Positions 56,362 through 64,000 of a DNA stretch of 64,000 bases are shown piece after piece. The stretch covers positions 10,553-74,552 of the forward strand of contig USCH01000003.1 in NCBI GenBank assembly GCA_900553175.1. The letters are read 5' to 3'. Numbering within the stretch: the stretch's first letter is position 1; the number at the start of each line of letters is the position of its first letter. The position numbers and the translations under genes are program-made. The notes beneath the pieces are model-generated. The model saw only the letters and a program-made list of their open reading frames with translations. It was not told the origin of the DNA and ran no database searches. Origin of the DNA: an uncultured Alistipes sp. GTDB taxonomy: Bacteria; Bacteroidota; Bacteroidia; Bacteroidales; Rikenellaceae.

Positions 56362-56712
56362 ATGGATAAACTGATCGAAACGATCGTCGGTGCGATTGAA
56401 GATAAGAAAGGTAAGGATATTGTATCGTTGGACCTCTCGGGCTTCGACGGAGCCATCTGCTCGACGTTCGTGGTCTGCAATGCCGACTCCACGACGCAGG
56501 TGGCGGCCATTGCCGACGGCATCGAGGAGAAGGTGCGCGAGACGCTGGGCGAGAAGGTCTGGCGCATCGAGGGCCAGCAGACGGCGTTGTGGATCGCCAT
56601 GGACTATGTGGACGTGGTGGTGCATATCTTCACGACCGAGCTGCGTGAATTCTACAAACTCGAGGAGTTGTGGGCCGACGCCCCGATGACCCGTTACGAA
56701 TACGAAGCGTAA
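56362..56712 (+). CDS. rsfS: Ribosome silencing factor RsfS
   Basis: DKKGKDI, WIAMDYVDVVVHIF and REFYKLEELW motifs. Confidence 0.93.
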   Translation: MDKLIETIVGAIEDKKGKDIVSLDLSGFDGAICSTFVVCNADSTTQVAAIADGIEEKVRETLGEKVWRIEGQQTALWIAMDYVDVVVHIFTTELREFYKLEELWADAPMTRYEYEA

Positions 56713-56718
56713 ATACTT

Positions 56719-58752
56719 ATGGCACAGAATAAACCGAATGGAAACAACAACGGCGGCTTCCGGCTGCCGCGCTTTTCGTTTCTCTGGATCTACGGCCTGA
56801 TCGGTGCGTTCATCCTCGGCTACTGGCTTTTCGGCCAGGAGAGCGAAGCGCCGCAGAAAAGCAGCTGGACGGATGTCAAACCGATGGTGGAGCGCGGCGA
56901 GGTCGAGAAAGTGCGGATCGTCAACCGCGACGAAGCGCAGGTCTTCCTCACCGACGAGGCGACGGCCCGCTACCGCAAGAGTCCGGACCGTCAATACCGC
57001 CGGCTCCCCGAGGCGGGGCCCCAGTTCCTCTTCACCATCCCCTCCGTCGAGTCGTTCCGCGAGGATATGGGCGAGGCCGAGGCGGTTCTGGGCCGGGAGA
57101 TTCCGGTCGACTACGAAAACAGGGAGAACGGATGGAACTCTCTGCTGGTCAACCTCATTCCGTGGGTGCTCATCATCGCCGTGTGGTTCTTCATCATGCG
57201 TTCGATGACGCGGGCCGGGGGCGGCGCTGCCGGAGGCGGAATCATGAACGTGGGCAAGGCGCGGGCGCAGGTCTTCGACAAGGACAACTCCAAGCGCGTG
57301 ACGTTCAAGGATGTGGCCGGACTGGAGGAGGCCAAGGTCGAGATCATGGAGATCGTCGACTTCCTCAAGAAGGCCGACAAATACAGGGAGCTGGGCGCCA
57401 AGATACCTAAGGGAGCTCTGCTGGTGGGCCCTCCGGGAACGGGCAAGACGCTGCTGGCCAAGGCCGTGGCGGGCGAGGCGAACGTGCCTTTCCTCTCGAT
57501 TTCGGGATCGGATTTCGTCGAAATGTTCGTCGGCGTGGGGGCCTCGCGCGTCCGCGACCTCTTCGAACAGGCCAAACAGAAGGCCCCGTGCATCGTCTTC
57601 ATCGACGAGATCGACGCCATCGGACGCGCCCGCGGCAAGAATGCCGGCTTCTCCGGCAACGACGAGCGCGAGAACACGCTCAACCAGCTGCTCACCGAGA
57701 TGGACGGCTTCCAGACCAATGCCGGCGTGATCGTGCTGGCCGCGACCAACCGGGCCGACATTCTGGACAAGGCCCTGATGCGTGCCGGACGTTTCGACCG
57801 TCAGATCGAGGTCGGCCTGCCCGACGTCAAGGAGCGCGAGGAGATTTTCGAGGTGCATCTGCGCACGCTCAAGCTCGACCCCGCCCTCGACCGTTCGTTC
57901 CTGGCGCGCCAGACGCCGGGGTTTTCGGGGGCCGACATCGCCAACGTCTGCAACGAGGCGGCTCTGATCGCCGCCCGTCACAACAAGAAATGCATCGGCA
58001 AGGAGGATTTCCTGGCGGCCATCGACCGCATCGTCGGCGGTCTGGAGCGCCGCAACAAGATCATCACCGCCGAGGAGAAGCGCGTGATCGCCTACCACGA
58101 GGCGGGCCATGCCACCGTGAGCTGGATTCTCGAAAACGCCAGTCCGCTCATCAAGGTGACGATCATCCCGCGCGGCAAGGCGCTGGGTGCCGCCTGGTAC
58201 CTGCCCGAGGAGCGGCAGATCACCACGCGCGAGCAGATGATGGAGGAGCTGGCCGCCACGCTGGGCGGCCGCGTGTCGGAGCAGCTCACCTTCGGCGAGA
58301 TTTCGACCGGAGCGCTCAACGATCTGGAGCGGGTCACCAAGCAGGCCTACGCCATGGTGGCCTACTACGGCATGAGCGACGAGGTGGGCAATCTGTCGTT
58401 CTACGATTCGACGGGGCAGAGCGACATGGCGCTCACCAAACCCTATTCCGAGCATACCGCGCAGCGGATCGACGCCGAGGCGCGGCAGGTGATCGACCGG
58501 GCCTATGCCCTGGCCGAGAAGGTCCTGCGTGAACATGCCGACGGCCTCCGGGAGTTGGCCGAGCTGCTGCTCCAACGCGAAGTGGTCTTCACCGAGGATG
58601 TGGAACGCATTTTCGGCAAACGCAAGAAGGACCTCGAGCGCGAGCGCCGCGAGGCGGAAAAGAACCGCAATGCCGCGCCCGAACCGTCCGAACCGTCCGC
58701 TGACGGAGCGCAGACCGACGCAGGGACGGGCGAATCCGCCCCCGCCGAGTAG
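56719..58752 (+). CDS. ftsH: ATP-dependent zinc metalloprotease FtsH
   Basis: [23 protein letters not shown] and HEAGH motifs. Confidence 0.97.
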   Translation: MAQNKPNGNNNGGFRLPRFSFLWIYGLIGAFILGYWLFGQESEAPQKSSWTDVKPMVERGEVEKVRIVNRDEAQVFLTDEATARYRKSPDRQYRRLPEAGPQFLFTIPSVESFREDMGEAEAVLGREIPVDYENRENGWNSLLVNLIPWVLIIAVWFFIMRSMTRAGGGAAGGGIMNVGKARAQVFDKDNSKRVTFKDVAGLEEAKVEIMEIVDFLKKADKYRELGAKIPKGALLVGPPGTGKTLLAKAVAGEANVPFLSISGSDFVEMFVGVGASRVRDLFEQAKQKAPCIVFIDEIDAIGRARGKNAGFSGNDERENTLNQLLTEMDGFQTNAGVIVLAATNRADILDKALMRAGRFDRQIEVGLPDVKEREEIFEVHLRTLKLDPALDRSFLARQTPGFSGADIANVCNEAALIAARHNKKCIGKEDFLAAIDRIVGGLERRNKIITAEEKRVIAYHEAGHATVSWILENASPLIKVTIIPRGKALGAAWYLPEERQITTREQMMEELAATLGGRVSEQLTFGEISTGALNDLERVTKQAYAMVAYYGMSDEVGNLSFYDSTGQSDMALTKPYSEHTAQRIDAEARQVIDRAYALAEKVLREHADGLRELAELLLQREVVFTEDVERIFGKRKKDLERERREAEKNRNAAPEPSEPSADGAQTDAGTGESAPAE

Positions 58753-58800
58753 CTGTCCGGCGCATCCGTCTCCCGACAGACTTCACCTAACCCCGAACCG

Positions 58801-59655
58801 ATGAACGAAAAACTGATGAATCTGACCCTGCGCACCCTGAGCGGTGCGGTGCTGGTGGCCGTGATGCTGTGGGCCACCGTCTGGTCGCACTGGACCTTCG
58901 GTGCGATGCTGCTGCTGCTGCTCGCGGGGGGCATGACCGAGTTCTATGCGCTGCTCCGCAAGCAGGGCGACCGCCCTTTGGGCTTCTGGGGAGCGGTGAC
59001 GGGGGCGGTTCTCCTGCTGCTCTGCTGGAGTCTGGCCACGGGCCGGGTCGACCTGTCGGAGGAGCTCCCGCTGCCGTTTCTGCTCGGCGGCGTCTGGCTG
59101 CTGCTCTTCGTTCCCGCGATGTTCGTCCGGGAGCTTTTCCGCCCGCAGCCGCATCCCGGCGCTGCGATCGGCGCGACCCTCGCGGGCATCTTCTACGTCG
59201 CGGTGCCGCTTGCGGCCATGTGCTGCATCCCCGTGGTCTGCGGCGGCGGGGAGTGGAATCCGGGCGTGATGTGGGCCTATTTCTTCATCATCTGGGCCAA
59301 CGACGTCTTCGCCTACCTCTTCGGCATGACGCTGGGCCGTCATCGGCTCTGCGAACGGCTTTCGCCCAAGAAGTCGTGGGAGGGATTCTTCGGCGGCGTG
59401 GCGGGAGCCGCGGCCGTCGGCGTCTGCGCGGCCCGTCTCTTGCAGGCCGACGTGTGGCTCTGGGTCGGATTCGCGCTCGTCGCCTCGGTGACGGGCGTGC
59501 TGGGCGATCTGGTCGAATCCATGTTCAAGCGGGCCGCCGGGGTCAAGGACTCGGGCCGGATCATCCCCGGTCACGGCGGCGTGCTGGACCGTTTCGACGC
59601 CATGCTGCTGTCGGCGCCTTTCGTACTGGTATACGGTCTTTTCGCGATGCTTTAA
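58801..59655 (+). CDS. cdsA: Phosphatidate cytidylyltransferase
   Basis: SPKKSWEG and GDLVESMFKR..VKDSG.IIPGHGGVLDRFD motifs. Confidence 0.95.
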   Translation: MNEKLMNLTLRTLSGAVLVAVMLWATVWSHWTFGAMLLLLLAGGMTEFYALLRKQGDRPLGFWGAVTGAVLLLLCWSLATGRVDLSEELPLPFLLGGVWLLLFVPAMFVRELFRPQPHPGAAIGATLAGIFYVAVPLAAMCCIPVVCGGGEWNPGVMWAYFFIIWANDVFAYLFGMTLGRHRLCERLSPKKSWEGFFGGVAGAAAVGVCAARLLQADVWLWVGFALVASVTGVLGDLVESMFKRAAGVKDSGRIIPGHGGVLDRFDAMLLSAPFVLVYGLFAML

Positions 59656-59674
59656 CTGCCAAACCCCAACATCT

Positions 59675-60349
59675 ATGAAAATCAATAAGGAAGGTTACAG
59701 AATCATCGGCGTGACAGGCGCGGTTTGCCTGTTGATCTGGTGGCTTTTCTACCGGCTTCTGGTGAGCCATTCGAGCGTCATGCTCATGTGGTGCGGAGCT
59801 GTGTTCCTGCTTCTGTTCTGGTTTTTCATCGTGGCCTTTTTCCGCGAGCCGCGCCGGGTGCGCATCCACGACGACGCTCTGGTCTTTGCGCCGTGCGACG
59901 GCCGTGTGGTGGTGACCGAGGTGGTGCGCGACGACGAATACCTGCACGAGGAGATGTTGCAGATTTCGATCTTCATGTCGATCACCAACGTCCACATGAA
60001 CTGGGTGCCTGTGGGCGGCGAGGTGGAGTATTACAAATACCACCCGGGCCGTTTTCTGGTGGCCTGGCACCCCAAGTCGTCGACCGAGAACGAACGGACC
60101 ACGACCGTGGTGCGCATGGCTTCGGGACAGAGGGTGCTTTTCCGTCAGGTGGCCGGTCTGATCGCCCGGCGGATCATCTCCTACATGAAGGTGGGGCACC
60201 GCGTCGAGCAGAACAGCGTCTGCGGATTCATCAAGTTCGGTTCGCGCGTCGACGTGCTCGTTCCGCGCGACAGCGAATTGCTGGTCGAGATCGGCGACCC
60301 GACCGTCGGATCGCAGACGCCGATCGCCCGACTGCCCCGAAAAGCCTGA
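59675..60349 (+). CDS. psd: Phosphatidylserine decarboxylase proenzyme
   Basis: FFREP, APCDG, ISIFMSITNVH, ENER and KFGSRVD self-cleavage site. Confidence 0.93.
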   Translation: MKINKEGYRIIGVTGAVCLLIWWLFYRLLVSHSSVMLMWCGAVFLLLFWFFIVAFFREPRRVRIHDDALVFAPCDGRVVVTEVVRDDEYLHEEMLQISIFMSITNVHMNWVPVGGEVEYYKYHPGRFLVAWHPKSSTENERTTTVVRMASGQRVLFRQVAGLIARRIISYMKVGHRVEQNSVCGFIKFGSRVDVLVPRDSELLVEIGDPTVGSQTPIARLPRKA

Positions 60350-60353
60350 TGCG

Positions 60354-61460
60354 ATGGATGCGACGCCCCGAACCGTTTGGAAGTTCATCATCGGTGCGGC
60401 CGCTGCCGCCGCCGTGCTGTTTCTCGTCTGGTACTTCTCCTCGATCGTCGTCTATATCCTCGTTTCGGCCGTTCTGGCCGTCATGGGACGCCCCCTGGTC
60501 AAACGGCTCGCGGCGCTGCGCGTCGGAAAACGGCGTGTGCCCCGGTCGGCGGCCGCACTGGTGACGCTGGCGGTCATCTGGGCCGTCGCCGCCACGCTCT
60601 GTTCGCTGCTGCTGCCGCTGGTCTTCAACAAGATCAACCAGCTGGGCGACGTCGATTTCGCTTCGGCGATCAACGGCATCGGCGAACCCATCGCCCGCAT
60701 GCAGCGCAATTTGCAGGAGCTTTTCGCCCTGCCCGAGAGCACTTTCTCGCTCTCCGACGAACTGGCTGCGATGCTGCGCCGGGTGGTCGATCCGGCATCG
60801 CTCAACGCTTTCTTCTCGTCGCTCGTCGGCGTGGTCCTTTCGTCGGTGGTCGCCGTGTTCAGCATTTCGTTCATCACCTTCTTCTTTCTCAAGGAGGACG
60901 ATCTGTTCTATACGATGGTTACGGCGCTCTTTCCCGAGCGCTTCCGCGGCAACATCACCCGCGCGCTCGACTCCGTGACGCTGCTTCTGGGCCGTTACTT
61001 CACGGGGATTCTTTCGGAGAGCCTCGTGCTCATGATCGCCATCCTGCTGACGATGATGGCTTTCGGCATGCGTGCGGCCGACGCGGCGTTCATCGGTCTG
61101 GTGATGGGCGTGATGAACGTGGTGCCCTATGCCGGACCGCTCATCGGAGGTGCGATTTCGGTGCTGGTGGGCGTCGTCACGCCGATTGCGGGGATGAGTG
61201 CAGGACACACGGCCCTCGTCGTGGCCGGATCGCTGCTGGCGCTCAAGGGGATGGATGATTTCATCCTGCAGCCGGCCCTCTATTCGGAGCGCGTCAAGGC
61301 GCATCCGCTCGAGATATTTCTGGTGATTCTCGTGGCCGGGTCGCTGGCCGGCATCGTGGGCATGCTGCTGGCCATTCCCTCCTATACCGTGCTGCGCGTC
61401 TTCGCCAAGGAGTTTTTCTCCCAGTTCGCCCTGGTGCGCCGGCTCACCGAAAAGATATGA
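60354..61460 (+). CDS. AI-2E (PerM) family transporter
   Basis: [15 protein letters not shown] and [17 protein letters not shown] motifs. Confidence 0.88.
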   Translation: MDATPRTVWKFIIGAAAAAAVLFLVWYFSSIVVYILVSAVLAVMGRPLVKRLAALRVGKRRVPRSAAALVTLAVIWAVAATLCSLLLPLVFNKINQLGDVDFASAINGIGEPIARMQRNLQELFALPESTFSLSDELAAMLRRVVDPASLNAFFSSLVGVVLSSVVAVFSISFITFFFLKEDDLFYTMVTALFPERFRGNITRALDSVTLLLGRYFTGILSESLVLMIAILLTMMAFGMRAADAAFIGLVMGVMNVVPYAGPLIGGAISVLVGVVTPIAGMSAGHTALVVAGSLLALKGMDDFILQPALYSERVKAHPLEIFLVILVAGSLAGIVGMLLAIPSYTVLRVFAKEFFSQFALVRRLTEKI

Positions 61461-61837
61461 TGGAAGGGGTCGTGATCGAAGGCATCGTGGAGCACGGCCG
61501 CCGTCTGGGCCGGGAGCTGGGATTTCCCACGGCCAATATCGCCGTGGCGGAGGAGCTGCCGCTCGGCGACGGGGTCTACGTCGCGCGGGCCGAGATCGAC
61601 GGCGTGCGCTACGGCGCCATGTCCAATCTGGGCAGCAATCCGTCGGTCGGCGGCAGGGTGCGGCGCCTCGAAACGCATGTCTTCGGGTTCTCCGGATCGC
61701 TTTACGGGCGGCGCCTGCGGGTCGAGTTGCTCGAAAAGGTGCGCGACGAACGGCGCTTCGCCTCGCTCGACGACCTGCGCCGACAGATCGAACAGGATCG
61801 GGATTATATCATAAAACGCATAGAATCATGTTTTTAG
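61457..61837 (+). CDS. Stand-alone riboflavin kinase
   Basis: [27 protein letters not shown] and RDERRF motifs; no FAD synthetase domain. Confidence 0.85.
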   Translation: MMEGVVIEGIVEHGRRLGRELGFPTANIAVAEELPLGDGVYVARAEIDGVRYGAMSNLGSNPSVGGRVRRLETHVFGFSGSLYGRRLRVELLEKVRDERRFASLDDLRRQIEQDRDYIIKRIESCF

Positions 61838-63237
61838 ACGCTAATTTGCCCTACAAGGTGGCCGATATGTCGCTCTCCGAGTGGGGACGCAAGGAGATCG
61901 AAATCTCCGAACACGAAATGCCGGGCCTGATGGCCGTGCGGCGCGAATACGGACCGCAGAAACCGCTGAAAGGCGTGCGCATCATGGGTTCGCTGCACAT
62001 GACCATCCAGACGGCCGTTCTGATCGAGACGCTCGTCGAGCTGGGTGCCGAGGTGCGCTGGTGTTCGTGCAACATCTTCTCGACGCAGGACCATGCCGCC
62101 GCCGCCATCGCCGCCGCCGGGGTGCCGGTCTTCGCCTGGAAAGGCGAGACGCTGCCCGAATACTGGTGGTGCACCGCCATGGCGCTGTCGTTTCCCGGCG
62201 GCAGGGGGCCGCAGCTCATCGTCGACGACGGAGGTGATGCCACGCTGTTGATCCACAAGGGATATGGGGCCGAGAACGACGCTTCGACGCTCGACGTCGA
62301 GCCCTCGTCCTACGAGGAGGAGGTGATTCTCGACACGCTCCGGCAGCTCCTCGTCGAGGAGCCCGGCAAATGGCACCGCACCGTGGCCGAGTGGCGCGGC
62401 GTGAGCGAGGAGACCACCACGGGCGTGCACCGACTCTACCAGATGATGGAGGCGGGCGAGCTGCTCGTGCCGGCCATCAACGTCAACGACTCGTGCACCA
62501 AGTCGAAGTTCGACAACCTCTACGGCTGCCGCGAGTCGCTGGCCGACGGCATCAAGCGCGCCACCGACGTGATGATCGCCGGCAAGGTGGTCGTCGTGTG
62601 CGGCTACGGCGACGTGGGCAAGGGCTGCGCGCGGTCGATGCGTTCGTACGGCGCTCGGGTCATCGTGACGGAGATCGATCCCATCTGCGCCTTGCAGGCG
62701 GCCATGGAGGGCTTCGAGGTGAAAACCGTCGAAAGCGCGCTGGCCGAGGGCAACATCTTCGTCACCTGCACGGGCAACTGCGACATCATCACGCTGGAGC
62801 ACATGGAGCGCATGCGCGACCAGGCCATCGTCTGCAACATCGGCCATTTCGACAACGAGATCCAGATGGCGCGGCTCGAAAAGTCGGGCGCCGCGAAGAC
62901 CAACATCAAACCGCAGGTCGACAAATACACCTTCGCCGACGGCCACTCGATCTTCATCCTGGCCGAGGGGCGTCTGGTCAACCTCGGGTGCGCCACGGGC
63001 CATCCGTCGTTCGTCATGTCGAACTCTTTCACCAACCAGTGTCTGGCGCAGATGGAGCTGTGGCGGAAGAAGCTGGAGGTGGGCGTCTACCGGCTGCCCA
63101 AACACCTCGACGAGGAGGTGGCGCGCCTGCATCTGGCCAGTCTCGGCGTCGAGCTCACGCGGCTTACGAAAAAGCAGGCGGACTACATCGGCGTTCCGCA
63201 GGAGGGACCCTACAAGGCCGACCACTACCGCTATTGA
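61828..63237 (+). CDS. ahcY: S-adenosylhomocysteine hydrolase
   Basis: [40 protein letters not shown] and [11 protein letters not shown] motifs. Confidence 0.97.
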   Translation: MFLDANLPYKVADMSLSEWGRKEIEISEHEMPGLMAVRREYGPQKPLKGVRIMGSLHMTIQTAVLIETLVELGAEVRWCSCNIFSTQDHAAAAIAAAGVPVFAWKGETLPEYWWCTAMALSFPGGRGPQLIVDDGGDATLLIHKGYGAENDASTLDVEPSSYEEEVILDTLRQLLVEEPGKWHRTVAEWRGVSEETTTGVHRLYQMMEAGELLVPAINVNDSCTKSKFDNLYGCRESLADGIKRATDVMIAGKVVVVCGYGDVGKGCARSMRSYGARVIVTEIDPICALQAAMEGFEVKTVESALAEGNIFVTCTGNCDIITLEHMERMRDQAIVCNIGHFDNEIQMARLEKSGAAKTNIKPQVDKYTFADGHSIFILAEGRLVNLGCATGHPSFVMSNSFTNQCLAQMELWRKKLEVGVYRLPKHLDEEVARLHLASLGVELTRLTKKQADYIGVPQEGPYKADHYRY

Positions 63238-63293
63238 TCCGGGCGGCTCCGGCTGCCGGAAACCGGTCGGCCGCAGCCTGCCGTGCAAGGACA

Positions 63294-63327
63294 TTCACCC
63301 CTGCCGGGACTCTCCGGCGGGGGTGAA
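63294..63327. terminator. Hairpin between convergent ahcY and DUF456
   Basis: TTCACCCCTGCCGG-GACTCT-CCGGCGGGGGTGAA. Confidence 0.55.
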
Positions 63328-63415
63328 ATCGTAACAGGGAAGGGCGGTAAGCGCTTTTTTCCGGGCGGAGCCGCATTGCTTTTCGGCTGCCGCTCCGTGC
63401 GGGGCGGAAAAGGGG

Positions 63416-63928
63416 TCAGAACAGCCCGGCGGCCCATTGGCGGAATACGGGCCAGATGGCGGCTGCGGTGTGGACGAACATGCCGATTGCGGCGGCCAGT
63501 TTCAGACCCGTGCCCGCGACGAACGAAAGGAACGAGCCGAATCCGACGAGCAGCGCCTTGCCAGGATCGGTGCGGTCGTTGAGCAGCTCGCCCAGCACGG
63601 CGCCGAAAAACGGGCCCAGCACGATGCCGAACGGCGGGAAAAGGAGAAATCCGGCGAAAACGCCGATCGTGGCGCCGATGGCTCCGGCGCGCGAGCCGCC
63701 GAAGCGGCGCGTCATCCAGGCCGGCAGGAAATAGTCGGCCGCGCTGACGGCCAGCGTGATGAAAAGCCACAGCCACAGCGCCTGCGCCGAAATTTCGGCG
63801 GATGCGGTCAGACGAATGCAGAGCAGGCCGGCATAGCTGAGCACGACGCCCGGAACGGCGGGGACGATGCAGCCCGCGATGCCTGCGAGGGAGAGCAGGA
63901 GGGCCAGAACGGAGAACAGCACGTCCAT
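63416..63928 (-). CDS. DUF456 membrane protein
   Basis: GCIVPAVPG, DY, FGGSRAG and GPFFGAVLGE motifs. Confidence 0.85.
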   Translation of the reverse strand: MDVLFSVLALLLSLAGIAGCIVPAVPGVVLSYAGLLCIRLTASAEISAQALWLWLFITLAVSAADYFLPAWMTRRFGGSRAGAIGATIGVFAGFLLFPPFGIVLGPFFGAVLGELLNDRTDPGKALLVGFGSFLSFVAGTGLKLAAAIGMFVHTAAAIWPVFRQWAAGLF

Positions 63929-63941
63929 CGGACCTCGCCGG

Positions 63942-64000
63942 TTATTTCACCAGACGGTTGGTGGCCGTGTCGGGGAAGACGATCCAGGGGCGGAACTCTT
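63942..64000 (-). CDS. 3' end of an upstream gene (…EFRPWIVFPDTATNRLVK*), unidentified
   Basis: Open frame from the window edge to TAA at 63942-63944, 13 bp before the DUF456 start. Confidence 0.5.
   Translation of the reverse strand, partial: EFRPWIVFPDTATNRLVK

Noticed and set aside
61700..61830. SAM/SAH riboswitch upstream of ahcY
   Set aside because: There is no intergenic space (ahcY overlaps the kinase gene) and no consensus was recognised.

Overview
GC-rich Bacteroidota chromosomal segment. Gene content and recurrent TAnnTTTG -7 promoter elements suggest an Alistipes/Rikenellaceae-like organism (inference). About 50 genes are present, and I found no integrase, transposase, prophage or CRISPR array. 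Left to right: (1) a cobalamin-riboswitch-controlled BtuB-like TonB-dependent receptor, truncated by the window edge; (2) a non-hydrolytic (oxidation/elimination/hydration) glycoside-cleavage locus resembling B. thetaiotaomicron BT2156-BT2160, with two Gfo/Idh/MocA dehydrogenases, DUF1080, a TIM-barrel lyase and a DUF6377/SusR-like regulator, and unusually carrying its own interleaved tatA and tatC; (3) a polyprenol-phosphate-sugar glycosylation cluster (ArnT/GT39-like, GtrA, GT87/DUF2029, Dpm1-like), with a TMEM260-like DUF2723 GT-C protein and AsmA nearby; (4) a second cobalamin riboswitch with btuG, btuH-like, btuB and a translationally coupled alkD; (5) fadD, queG, nupG, tRNA-Gln, GH43 and tandem M3 peptidases; (6) rsmE followed by a six-gene hydrogenase-4-like Ehr complex that lacks the NiFe ligands and all four Cys ligands of the small-subunit proximal (N2-type) Fe-S cluster, then a chromate transporter pair; (7) a methyltransferase, GH2, U32 protein, serS, a ferredoxin missed by the ORF track, tadA, TPR protein, rsfS-ftsH-cdsA-psd-AI-2E-riboflavin kinase-ahcY, and DUF456. 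All family assignments come from recognising motifs by eye; no database search was run.
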